DNA of 32,000 nucleotides from Cuniculiplasma divulgatum (GTDB lineage Archaea; Thermoplasmatota; Thermoplasmata; Thermoplasmatales; Thermoplasmataceae): NCBI RefSeq assembly GCF_900083515.1, contig NZ_LT671858.1, positions 930,001 to 962,000 of the forward strand, read 5' to 3'. Shown piece by piece: positions 1 to 8,494 of this stretch (position 1 is its first letter; each line of letters starts with the position of its first letter). The notes under the pieces were generated by a model. It saw only the letters and a program-made list of their open reading frames with translations, ran no database searches and was not told where the DNA came from. The position numbers and the translations under genes were made by a program.

Positions 1-195
1 TCATCATTAAAAAGTGTTTGCAGAAACAACCCTGACAGGGGAAGGGAGATGCTATTCAATAGATACAGGATTTTACTTACAAGAGGAATGAAAGGTACTT
101 CTGTTTATTTTGAGGATAGGGAAACATATGAGCATGTAAGATCAATTTTGAGTCAGAGTGTTAACATTGTGTCATCCAGAGGGATTATAAAATAG
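1..195 (+). CDS. 3' end (last 64 codons) of a gene for an SF1-helicase-like / DUF2075-like P-loop NTPase; the 5' part lies outside the window
   Basis: Frame 1 is open from base 1 to TAG at 193-195. It reads ...REMLFNRYRILLTRGMKGTSVYFEDRETYEHVRSILSQ... The 'LLTRGxKG..vYF' segment resembles helicase motif VI / the DUF2075 C-terminus. This is recognition by eye only. Confidence 0.4.
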   Translation, partial: SSLKSVCRNNPDRGREMLFNRYRILLTRGMKGTSVYFEDRETYEHVRSILSQSVNIVSSRGIIK

Positions 196-521
196 GAAAA
201 ATTTCTTTTTAAAACAAGTGAGATTGCGAACAAGGTTAAGCAATTTAGATCAAACTTGAAAATTACAGATGAAGATGACCTGCCAAATGATATTAAAAAA
301 AATATACACTCATCTGATAAAAATAAGGAAAAGAATATATTATGGATTATGCTGAGTAAACCTATAGTACCTAAGGCCTACTGTGTGGTTTTTCTAAACT
401 ATATTGAGTATGCAAGAAGAACTGATGATAATTCTAAAGCTCAAAAAGGGAAATTTAATCAACCTTTCTCAGTCTAATAATTTTTAGTGATTCTTTAAAA
501 GGCCATTTAGACTTAATGATA

Positions 522-1046
522 TTATTTTGGGAAGTATTCTCCTTTCTCAAGTATTACCTTTAATGGAACATTAACCGTACTTGACCCAATATTTACCTGT
601 AGTATTCGCGTAGTCAGATTACTTAGAAAAGGTTTTATAATATCTTCATTTTTAAAGACTAAAACGTATTCGAACTCTACATTTAGACCTAGGTTTAACA
701 GATTGTTCAATCCTAGTTTGCCTTCTTCTATCTTTTTCCCTAAAAAAAGATCAATGGTTGGTTGAAGTTTACCTTTGATTCTATTTATTAGTTGTTTCAA
801 TTGATTATCCTTAAGAGAAGCGTTAACTCCTTTCATTTCGAATATAATGACTTTATTTTTCTTACTTCGATAAATTAGAGCTAGATCAGCATGTGGGGTA
901 CTTTTCCCAAAACAGACCTCCTCCAGGTTCATAAGAGATACAAAGTTTTCTACCTTTTTAATTGTAACACTACAATTACAGTCCTTAAAATTAGTTGAAT
1001 AAGATCTTGCGTCATGATTTAATGTTCCACTCATAATTTCAATCAC
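522..1046 (-). CDS. Small (174 aa) protein with a PD-(D/E)xK nuclease-like core motif; second gene of the ATPase operon
   Basis: ORF starts at GTG 1046 (or ATG 1034), 93 nt downstream of the ATPase stop on the same strand. Motif: LEEV (E42/E43), then PHAD54LALIY, then VIIFE70-M-K72-G (codons verified at 885-887 and 831-839), followed by NQLKQLINR. The spacing and hydrophobic beta-strand context match the D...(D/E)xK restriction-endonuclease fold. Confidence 0.6.
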   Translation of the reverse strand: MIEIMSGTLNHDARSYSTNFKDCNCSVTIKKVENFVSLMNLEEVCFGKSTPHADLALIYRSKKNKVIIFEMKGVNASLKDNQLKQLINRIKGKLQPTIDLFLGKKIEEGKLGLNNLLNLGLNVEFEYVLVFKNEDIIKPFLSNLTTRILQVNIGSSTVNVPLKVILEKGEYFPK

Positions 1047-1139
1047 TCATCATTCTGTTCCTTCTACTAAGGTTACTGTCCAGTCTAGCAACTTCATAAG
1101 AACTTCATCTGTTATACCTGGTATTCCATTCTCAAACTC

Positions 1140-2804
1140 CTAGAGATTAATTTTCTTTACCCCCTTTATCCTATCAACAAAGTATGAATCAAATTCACAT
1201 TCCTGTAAAGATTTGGAAACCTGTTTGGCCAAGTCACTTATTTCAATCTTATCACTCCCTTTTCTTTCAACATTCATTACATTGTCAATTAAAGTCTGTA
1301 TCTTTTCTGGATTCGGTTTATACTTGTGGAGTAAATAAAAAACCTGACCTATGATGCTACTATGAGTCGAAAATACAATTCTTTTTCCCATTGAAGACAA
1401 TACAATCAGCGTTAGTGCCATTATAACTTGAGATGAAGGATGTAATTGAGATTCAGGTTCCTCTATTATTAGTAGTCCATTCTTCATAGACTTCGCCAGA
1501 AGGAGTATACCAGACACCTCACTAGCCATTGCTGAAGCGTATTTTAGATCGACCTTAACATTCATATTGTCCGTATAAAACAAACGTTTTGTTAGTTCAT
1601 CATATGATAAGTTACCTTGAAGAACTGTGAATGTATCAAATGGGAAATCTTTTTCGATGGAAACCATCTTCTCTGAAAAATCTATCCAATCAATAAAAGC
1701 CCTATATATGTACTCTGTAGAATCGTACAATAAATCATTATTTTCAAAGATGTTATAATTCTTAAAATAGCGATGAGAAATAATAAGAGGGGTTTTTCCA
1801 AAAGGTACAAAACGAACTTCACTAATGCTTGAAGAGAATTCTATTAAGGAATGCATATGAGCTAGGAAATAATCTACCATTGCCATAGAAATGCTCTTTG
1901 AGAAAGCTTTCGGAATCTCCCTAATCTCAAATAGACTGTATTTCGAAATTTTAACATTTCTAACTTGTGATACTATGCTTTTCGTCAATTGATTTAAGTT
2001 AATCTCATCTTTATGGTGAACTTTAGCATTTTTATCAATAGGTCCCACAAAAGTATTTCTCAGTAAAATATTAGCGGTAACCTTTACTTTGATGTTAACA
2101 CTTGATACTGCTAACATTGAGTATTCAACACTCATCTTAAAACTATCCTGAATTCTTGGAGTTAAATAAAGCATCCCAGAAGAGCCAAATTTTCCGGCGA
2201 TCGAATCATAAGTTAAATTTCCAATTTCTGTTTTAAGAATATTATATAGATTATCATCATTTATATTAAAACTTTTAATAGACCTAACGCCAATAATGGA
2301 AGAGATAAATCTGACGATGGTATTTTCCAAATTTTTATTGATAGACTCTATACTAATCGGAATTGTAATCTCTTCGCTAATAGTATATGATAATCCATCA
2401 CCTGAATTTTCTAAGTTAAGTTCTGGTATAATTTCGTTAATTGTTCCAAATAGAACTTTATTGAGTGATTCTTGATTATTCAATGGAATTTTTTCTTTGT
2501 TGACGACATTTGAAACTCTATCCATAATTTCTAAAACATCATTAAAGGTTTTAGCTAAATTATTTAGACTATTTCCAATGTGACTAATTAATAGATCATT
2601 TAGATAAGTTTGACAGTAAACTTTCATTAAATCTCTCATTTTTAGATCTAACACAGAAAGCGTACTATAGAGTGATCTTAAAATAAATGATTTTCCTGAA
2701 TTTGGGCGGCCATATAATATTGTAATGTTAGAGTTTTTAATGGAACCTTTCTTTTTTATAGGACCTATGTTTTTGAATGTAAATGTTAAATCTTCATTCT
2801 TCAT
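1140..2804 (-). CDS. ABC/SMC-like P-loop ATPase (AAA_15/AAA_21 type, 554 aa) with a long insert between the Walker A and Walker B halves
   Basis: Walker A GRPNSGKS at aa 32-39 (nt 2688-2711). Near aa 444 it has GLLIIEEPESQLHP (Walker B plus D-loop-like), then RIVFSTHS (H-loop). About 380 aa between the two halves carry no motif I recognise. Confidence 0.85.
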   Translation of the reverse strand: MKNEDLTFTFKNIGPIKKKGSIKNSNITILYGRPNSGKSFILRSLYSTLSVLDLKMRDLMKVYCQTYLNDLLISHIGNSLNNLAKTFNDVLEIMDRVSNVVNKEKIPLNNQESLNKVLFGTINEIIPELNLENSGDGLSYTISEEITIPISIESINKNLENTIVRFISSIIGVRSIKSFNINDDNLYNILKTEIGNLTYDSIAGKFGSSGMLYLTPRIQDSFKMSVEYSMLAVSSVNIKVKVTANILLRNTFVGPIDKNAKVHHKDEINLNQLTKSIVSQVRNVKISKYSLFEIREIPKAFSKSISMAMVDYFLAHMHSLIEFSSSISEVRFVPFGKTPLIISHRYFKNYNIFENNDLLYDSTEYIYRAFIDWIDFSEKMVSIEKDFPFDTFTVLQGNLSYDELTKRLFYTDNMNVKVDLKYASAMASEVSGILLLAKSMKNGLLIIEEPESQLHPSSQVIMALTLIVLSSMGKRIVFSTHSSIIGQVFYLLHKYKPNPEKIQTLIDNVMNVERKGSDKIEISDLAKQVSKSLQECEFDSYFVDRIKGVKKINL

Positions 2805-2829
2805 CTTATTAAATTACCAGATTGATATG

Positions 2830-2837
2830 TAAATATA
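2830..2837 (-). promoter_or_regulatory. TATA-box-like element (TATATTTA on the minus strand), 26-33 nt upstream of the ATPase ATG
   Basis: The reverse complement of 2805-2840 reads ...cctatatttacatatcaatctggtaatttaataag|ATG. The position fits an archaeal promoter driving a leaderless or short-leader mRNA. AT-rich DNA makes chance matches likely. Confidence 0.3.
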
Positions 2838-2931
2838 GGTTAAAACTATTTTTATTCCGAGCAAATATTCCAAAATCCGATCGTGGATTGGAATGGACAT
2901 AATTTAATGAAAATTTTTCATAAATAGTCTA

Positions 2932-3112
2932 ATGTGCTCATTACAAATGAGAAATAGTTTTCATTATTAGTGTGAAGATTGAAATAAGAATGCAAAGGAC
3001 ACATTAAGAAGGATAGTCAAAGAGGAGAGTCTGAAATTATTCCCAAACAGGCGGCCAAAAAATGGAGATTTTTGATCTAACCAATGCCATAATTTTATCA
3101 GGAAAGTGGATG
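2932..3112 (+). pseudogene. Remnant of the upstream region and 5' end of a COG1373-type ATPase gene (decayed copy of 8861-9085)
   Basis: 2939-2965 is identical to 8869-8895 (27 nt: cattacaaatgagaaatagttttcatt), and similarity continues on both sides. It encodes ..KDTLRRIVKEES.. (compare LKDTLRRIVNEQ at 8937+) and ..EIFDLTNAIILSG.. (compare EILDQ..HYAIIISG) in a different frame. About 21 nt carrying the GTG start are missing. Similarity ends just before the Walker A position. Confidence 0.6.
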
Positions 3113-3369
3113 ACGCTAAATACATATTACAACAACACCTGTTCATTAGTTGAATAGAATTTTAAGCAAATATTTGATGACGATAAAACAGAAAACTTTA
3201 CGGTATATGAAAAAGACGATGAGTAAACATCGAATTATGGGGCTAACCTCCAAAATTGTAACGATTACATGCAAGTTTTTTGTAATAGTGCCTATTATAA
3301 TGGTCAATATTCTTGAATTTTGCTTATTATAATAATCAACTATTAGTATATGAAAGACTTAACTAAAGT

Positions 3370-4629
3370 ATGTTAACCAAGAGTAATCTTATAAACGTAA
3401 TTCTGGACCAGCGAGAAGAGTTAAAGAATTCTACCAATATAGTTGAGAGAGAGTTAAAATTTAAATTGACAGTGTCCCCCAGATCCAATGCTGTATTGGT
3501 CAAAGGATTGAGAAGATGCGGTAAGAGCACACTCTTAAAACAGTTTATGGAAACAAATTTTGGCGAAAATTTCTATTATTTCAATTTTGATGACGATAGG
3601 GTTTTCGGCTTTACTTCTGATAACTTTCAATTGCTCTATGAAAGCATGATTGAGATCTATGGAGATTTGCAAAATTTTTTTCTTGACGAGATACAGAATG
3701 TTAAGGGTTGGGAATTATTTATAAATAGAATGCTTAGGATTGGCAAGAAGGTTTACATTACCGGTTCAAATGCCAATCTCTTAAGTAAGGAGATCGGAAC
3801 TCATCTCACTGGTAGACATATTGATATGGAGCTTTTTCCCTTTTCTTTCAAAGAATTTCTTACTAGTTTTGCGTTAAATGTCCCGGATAAGGATCAATTA
3901 ACTACCATTGAGAAAGGAAAGTTTGTGGAAAAATTCAACCAATATCTAATTAATGGAGGTATGCCGGAATATGTTATTTCAGGAAACAAGAGTACCATAA
4001 ATCAACTGGTTCCTGATATAATTCAGAGGGATATTATAAACAGATATAGCATTAGGAAAACATCCGAGTTCAAATCATTAATCATTTTCTTAATTGAGAA
4101 CATATCTAATGAGATATCTTTCCGTTCAATTTCAAGATCACTAAACATAAGCAGTGAAACAACAGTCAGGAAATATACAGAATATATAAGCGATACTTAC
4201 CTAATATTCCTATTGGAGAGATATACCAAAAAGATTAAAACGATATCAATCAATCCAAAGAAAGTATATTGTGTTGACAATGGCCTAATAACAGCAAACT
4301 CCCTTGAAAACAAAGGTAGACTAATCGAAAATCTGGTTGCTGTTTATCTAAGAAGGAATGAATTGAGAATATATTATTACAAAAGCAAGGATTCAAAGGA
4401 AGTGGACTTTGTAATTCCAGACCTCAGAGTAGGAATTCAGGTTTGTTATGAACTGAATAATGAAAATGAAAAAAGAGAATTTAGGGGATTGATAAGGGCA
4501 GCAATAGACCTTTCATTAGAGAAATTATTCATTATCACAAATTACCAAGAAGAAATAAGAGTAGTAAATGGATATAAAATTCTAATAATTCCCTGCTGGA
4601 AGTTTATGCTCTTTAATGTATTTCTTTAA
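3370..4629 (+). CDS. AAA+ ATPase of the COG1373 family (AAA_14 + DUF4143 architecture), 419 aa
   Basis: Walker A GLRRCGKSTLLKQ, Walker B FFLDEIQNVKGWE, then ITGSNANLL...LTGRHIDMELFPFSFKEF. The C-terminal part carries KEVDFVI...IQVCYEL. It aligns along its whole length with 8937-10142. Confidence 0.9.
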   Translation: MLTKSNLINVILDQREELKNSTNIVERELKFKLTVSPRSNAVLVKGLRRCGKSTLLKQFMETNFGENFYYFNFDDDRVFGFTSDNFQLLYESMIEIYGDLQNFFLDEIQNVKGWELFINRMLRIGKKVYITGSNANLLSKEIGTHLTGRHIDMELFPFSFKEFLTSFALNVPDKDQLTTIEKGKFVEKFNQYLINGGMPEYVISGNKSTINQLVPDIIQRDIINRYSIRKTSEFKSLIIFLIENISNEISFRSISRSLNISSETTVRKYTEYISDTYLIFLLERYTKKIKTISINPKKVYCVDNGLITANSLENKGRLIENLVAVYLRRNELRIYYYKSKDSKEVDFVIPDLRVGIQVCYELNNENEKREFRGLIRAAIDLSLEKLFIITNYQEEIRVVNGYKILIIPCWKFMLFNVFL

Positions 4630-4909
4630 CAGTATTTGGGTTATTTTCTGGTAAGAGTGACCAAAAATCGATGGAAATTAGAAAAATTTCACCTCAATAA
4701 ATTTTTATCATTAGAATTCCTACAATTTTTAATCTGTCAATGCCTAAAACTCAACAGATTGACCTAAAATTCATTATTTGGGCTATCTCTTATTCTATTC
4801 CTTGTATTTTTAATGAATTGAAAATTTTTATCTTCTCTTTTCTCAACCAATCATCTATAAGAACTGTTTCGTGTCAGATTGCAGTTTAAATAATTTAGAG
4901 TTCCTAGCA

Positions 4910-5082
4910 TTTTTAAAGACAATTAACTTAATTGACACTTAAAATCCAATTATACGTGAAAACTATTGAAAGGAAGTTGACACAAGAAGAGATAGAAAAG
5001 GATGTTGAATTCTTTATGTAAATAGACCCACTTAGATAACTAATCTACGACCTATTGGACAAAATTTAATTTTTATTTTTTT
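4910..5082 (+). repeat. Degenerate copy of 5986-6152 (putative promoter plus first ~45 codons of the Doc-locus ORF), now carrying stop codons
   Basis: Hand alignment: tttttaaagacaattaacttaattgacacttaaaatcc... against tttttaagataattaacttaattgacacctaaaatcc... Similarity continues to the T-run near 5082/6152. Translation reads LTLKIQLYVKTIERKLTQEEIEKDVEFFM*IDPLR*LIYDLLDKI*. Confidence 0.7.
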
Positions 5083-5413
5083 AGACTTGTACCCTTACTT
5101 CCCTGTAATACTCAGATATCTACATTATTAGTTATGGAGAGTTGTAATTCAGTATGGGTAAGTTGCTTCAGGAGGTAAAGATATTCCAGGAGAGAGAGAA
5201 TATAGAGATGGCATAGCAAACAGTCCCAGAGAACTTAATGCTTCCATTAAATTTGCCAGAGGACAATAAAATATCCTCCATTTAATAGGATAGAAAAGTG
5301 TGAATTTAATTGCTGTCTTTATTTTAATTCGTGCATTCATATTTGAAGGAGTTTATTCTTTAAACATACTATAAGAGCGTAAGTTTAAGAACGAAAATAT
5401 CATAGGAATTCTA

Positions 5414-5911
5414 ATGAATACTGAAATTAAAAATCTCTTATCACTTGGCCTTTATATTTCAGCGGCACTGATAATTATTTCTGCAATATTCCATTTAATT
5501 GTGGGACTATTTGTAGGGTCTTTTGGGGCAGGGTTTTTAACTTTTTATAGCAGTCCCCTCCTGCTTTCTTTTGTTTTTCTGTTTATTTTTTTAACTATTA
5601 TTGGTTTAGCGATTGGTTTTTCTATCCTGAATATGGGTAGAAAGTTGAGAATTGACACAGAATCCTTTAACTGGACTAGACTCATAATTATTTCAGTGGT
5701 CGCAATTATAATCGCAAATGGTTTTCTCATAGGGGCTTTGTTGGCACTTGTAATTGGTATAGTTGGTTACGCTGACTCCAGGAACCTTTTGAATTTACCA
5801 TCCCTAGAAGGAGGTTTAGTAGGTAAACGAGTTTGTCAAAAGTGTGGTTTTGTTAATTCAGGAACTGCCAAGTTTTGTTCCTCTTGCGGAAATCAATTCA
5901 ACATAGATTGA
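5414..5911 (+). CDS. Multi-pass membrane protein with a C-terminal zinc-ribbon (CxxC...CxxC), 165 aa
   Basis: About four hydrophobic segments precede the tail ...KRVCQKCGFVNSGTAKFCSSCGNQF. It starts with ATG. No functional family recognised. Confidence 0.65.
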   Translation: MNTEIKNLLSLGLYISAALIIISAIFHLIVGLFVGSFGAGFLTFYSSPLLLSFVFLFIFLTIIGLAIGFSILNMGRKLRIDTESFNWTRLIIISVVAIIIANGFLIGALLALVIGIVGYADSRNLLNLPSLEGGLVGKRVCQKCGFVNSGTAKFCSSCGNQFNID

Positions 5912-5985
5912 ATATGTTTGTGTCATATTCCTTTCGGGAATTCATGGAATGATTTATTGAACTTTATATCAAAAACGCATTATAC

Positions 5986-6152
5986 TTTTTAAGATAATTA
6001 ACTTAATTGACACCTAAAATCCCATTATATCAGAAAACTATAGAAAGGAAGTTAAAACTGAAAGTAATAGAAAAGGATCTGGAGTTCTTCATGGAGATAG
6101 GTCCACTGGGAAAAAGAATCTATCACAGATTAGATAAAATTTTATTTTTTTT
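5986..6152 (+). repeat. Second copy of the ~170-bp repeat (partner of 4910-5082); overlaps the 5' end of the Doc-like pseudogene
   Basis: See 4910-5082. This copy is the one with an open reading frame. Confidence 0.7.
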
Positions 6153-6484
6153 GAATTTTGATATTGATGATGTTAATAACATACACAAAGTGATTTGTAA
6201 CAAATACAAGGTATCAGGAGGTTATAATACATCTGAAAGTAATTTACATTCAATTTTAGAAGAGATAAAAGATAGTAGTTACAATGCAAATCTAAATTTT
6301 GATATTTATTTTATGGCAGCTACCCTTATTTGAAGGTATTATAGGAAAACATCCATATTTAGATGGAAATTAAAAAACTGCTATTGCAACCCTGCAAGAA
6401 TATATTTACTTGAATGACACGTTATTTTTAGTATCTTTGGGAACTATAGGATTTGCCATTAAAGTTAGAAGGAGGTATTTTTAG
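6007..6484 (+). pseudogene. doc: Fic/Doc (death-on-curing) family toxin gene, inactivated by a frameshift and a nonsense codon in the catalytic motif
   Basis: Frame 1 reads ...FDIDDVNNIHKVICNKYKVSGGYNTSESNLHSILEEIK...DIYFMAATL, which matches a Doc N-terminal half. After a +1 shift near 6325-6330, frame 2 reads FEGIIGKHPYLDGN*KTAIATLQEYIYLND. That is the Fic/Doc motif HxFxD(A/G)NKR(T)A with TAA (6368-6370) at the Lys position. Frame 2 stops at 6482-6484. Confidence 0.55.
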
Positions 6485-7371
6485 GTTTTACTGCAAAGAA
6501 AGATTCTACTGGTTAAATTAGTTATGATTAACGAGTCTCACTGAGTATATGTTATATATCGCGGAAAAAAACCATTTGTAATAGCCGAAGTTGTCCAATC
6601 AAAGGGCCATAACATCCATATTAACAAAATGACTTAAATAATCTTCATGTTAATTTTAAAAACTCACAGTATCCATTTGTGAGTCGTTGTCATTTCATTA
6701 TTTATTTCTAATGAGTCTTTTTTGGATTTTTGTCTAAAATAATTCAAATAACGCAATTTGTGTGTATTTAAGATCTATAATATTTTCTAAAGTTAATGAA
6801 AATAAGGTTGAATTTACTTATGATATGGAAGCCAAATATTTGCAATCAAACAGAGGTAAATACAAATAAAAAATTCAGATAGACTACCAATTTTCTTATA
6901 TAAATATTAGAGGGCTAAATTATTTCTTAACAGAAATTAATATAGGAAATGAGTAAAATCGTGTGGGCCGACGGTTTTATTTTTTACGAATGTTCTCTTT
7001 TTTAATGATATATCTTCTTTAAACTACCATTTCTTCATCTTTCCTTTTCTTATCAATACTAAGTTCCATGCTCTGAAACTATTCCTTTGAAACAAACGGA
7101 CCATACATCTGCATGGGAGTTTTCTGATAATTTAGATCAAACAGGCGTTAAGCCGTATGCAGTATGCTACGAAGTATCTGCTCTATCCACTGGTTCTTTT
7201 CCAAATGGAATGGATTCTATTTGTGTAAATGATCAAGAACAAGTTGCCCATACTGGATGGTTTTACTCTAAAGATTACAACTGGTATTCATTTGTTTATA
7301 ATGTAGACTTCGCTCAATGAAATGCGCCTAAGTAAAAGTTATAAATAATAAATATTAATAGAGGAAAGAGA

Positions 7372-7935
7372 ATGGATAAAAGAAGGAAAACCATAATTTC
7401 AATCCTAGTATCCCTTATTTTGGTAACATCGGGGGTGGTCTACTACACTTCATTTGTGAATGAACATTCCAAATCACAAATAGGATTGGATTTCTCTCTT
7501 AAGACAATAGAAATAAATGAACAGAGTATGTTACAAATTAACATTTCTGCTGTTATAAATTCCACCAATTACCTTACAAAGTATTCATTTAATGAAAACA
7601 ACTATGTAGAAGGAATAGATCTTGTATATTTGGGAAACAATACCACTTATGCAAATCATCTCTTGAATATGTCACTAAATACTTCAAACTTCGCTGCCTT
7701 TTCGAATTTAGAAGCTTTCGATCATTTTCTAATTACAAATAAAAAAACAAGTTGTAGTTCTCTCTGGAACGAAACAGTTTTTAATATTTCTAGATCTTCA
7801 TTTGAGGTTGCCCCATATGGTTATTATATCCCCTCAGTTCAATTAGTTGTCTCAGGTTCAGTTATTCCCTGTGTTTTGAGCGTAACAAAATGTTTAGTCT
7901 TATTAACTAATAACGGAATTGAATTAGTGGGGTGA
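7372..7935 (+). CDS. Hypothetical exported/membrane-anchored protein (187 aa; N-terminal TM segment; several N-x-S/T sequons)
   Basis: ATG start. It opens MDKRRKTIISILVSLILVTSGVVYY (basic residues plus a hydrophobic anchor). No family recognised. Confidence 0.5.
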   Translation: MDKRRKTIISILVSLILVTSGVVYYTSFVNEHSKSQIGLDFSLKTIEINEQSMLQINISAVINSTNYLTKYSFNENNYVEGIDLVYLGNNTTYANHLLNMSLNTSNFAAFSNLEAFDHFLITNKKTSCSSLWNETVFNISRSSFEVAPYGYYIPSVQLVVSGSVIPCVLSVTKCLVLLTNNGIELVG

Positions 7936-7939
7936 ATGG

Positions 7940-8494
7940 TTGATACATAACGATTCAGCTGGGTCACCTATTATTACTATTGACAATATAGAAATTGGTT
8001 TTGGAATTTTCAGAAAAAGAAAAATTCTAAAGTGAATAAATCTTGAAATAGCGAAGGGAAAATGTATAGTATTAATGGGAGAAAACGGTGTTGGCAAGAC
8101 TACCTTAATCAGAATAATTTGCGGATTGCTAAGTCAAGATCAGGGAAAAATTAGTTCCAAAGGTAAAATTTCATACTTGCCAGAAGTGTCCTTCATATAT
8201 CCATATTTAACAGCCCGCGAATCCATAGATTTATTTTCAAATTTCGGGAATGTAATGTATGATACCGATTTGTTATTAGATATGCTTAAGTTGCCAAAGG
8301 ATTCCAAAACTCTATCAAAAGACTATTCCAAAGGAACAAAAAGAAAGACTTCAATGGGAATGGTGATGTCAACAGAATCTGATCTATTTGTAATGGATGA
8401 GCACATTATGAACCTGGGCATTATTTCTGTGACAATGTTACTACATTTTTCATTTCTAACAATGTTAATTTTTCAAATTATTGGGTCGAATTAG
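7940..8494 (+). pseudogene. ABC-transporter ATP-binding protein gene with an in-frame TGA and a truncated/replaced 3' half
   Basis: The same frame reads ...ITIDNIEIGFGIFRKRKILK*INLEIAKGKCIVLMGENGVGKTTLIRII... (TGA at 8033-8035). It has Walker A GENGVGKTT, a signature-like YSKGTKRK and Walker B DLFVMDE. No H-loop follows, and the ORF ends about 100 aa early. From 8401 another frame encodes an unrelated sequon-rich tail. Confidence 0.6.

Noticed and set aside
256-477. Small intergenic ORFs with non-ATG starts or no context: 256-477 (TTG), 3150-3332 (TTG), 5149-5340, 7087-7320 (TTG), 12115-12297, 16387-16587, 23142-23348, 25408-25668 and 27533-27808.
   Set aside because: No recognisable domains or convincing start context, and several overlap regions I interpret as gene remnants. 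7087-7320 has a more protein-like composition and might be the 3' fragment of a real gene, but I cannot support a call.
6662-6685. Small hairpins in intergenic DNA: actcaca-N9-tgtgagt at 6662-6685 and ccaccatt-N21-aatggtgg at about 8564-8600.
   Set aside because: The stems are short (7-8 bp), without an adjacent T-tract or positional link to a gene end. Such hairpins are expected by chance. Only the 11133-11165 hairpin plus T5 was kept as a feature.
4910-7045. Tandem duplication of a ~1,076-bp unit, suggested by the spacing of the 4910 and 5986 repeats.
   Set aside because: The sequence after the first copy (5083-5985, membrane-protein gene) shows no similarity to the sequence after the second copy (6153 onward, Doc domain). 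Only the ~170-bp segment is duplicated.
8033-8035. Stop-codon recoding or an alternative genetic code as the explanation for the in-frame TGA (8033), TAA (6368) and TAG (13834).
   Set aside because: Three different stop codons are affected, and each is accompanied by frameshifts or truncations in the same or neighbouring genes. Well-supported intact genes in the window terminate with TGA (16740, 13998), TAG (1140, 13033) and TAA (4629, 10142). Pseudogenisation is the simpler explanation.
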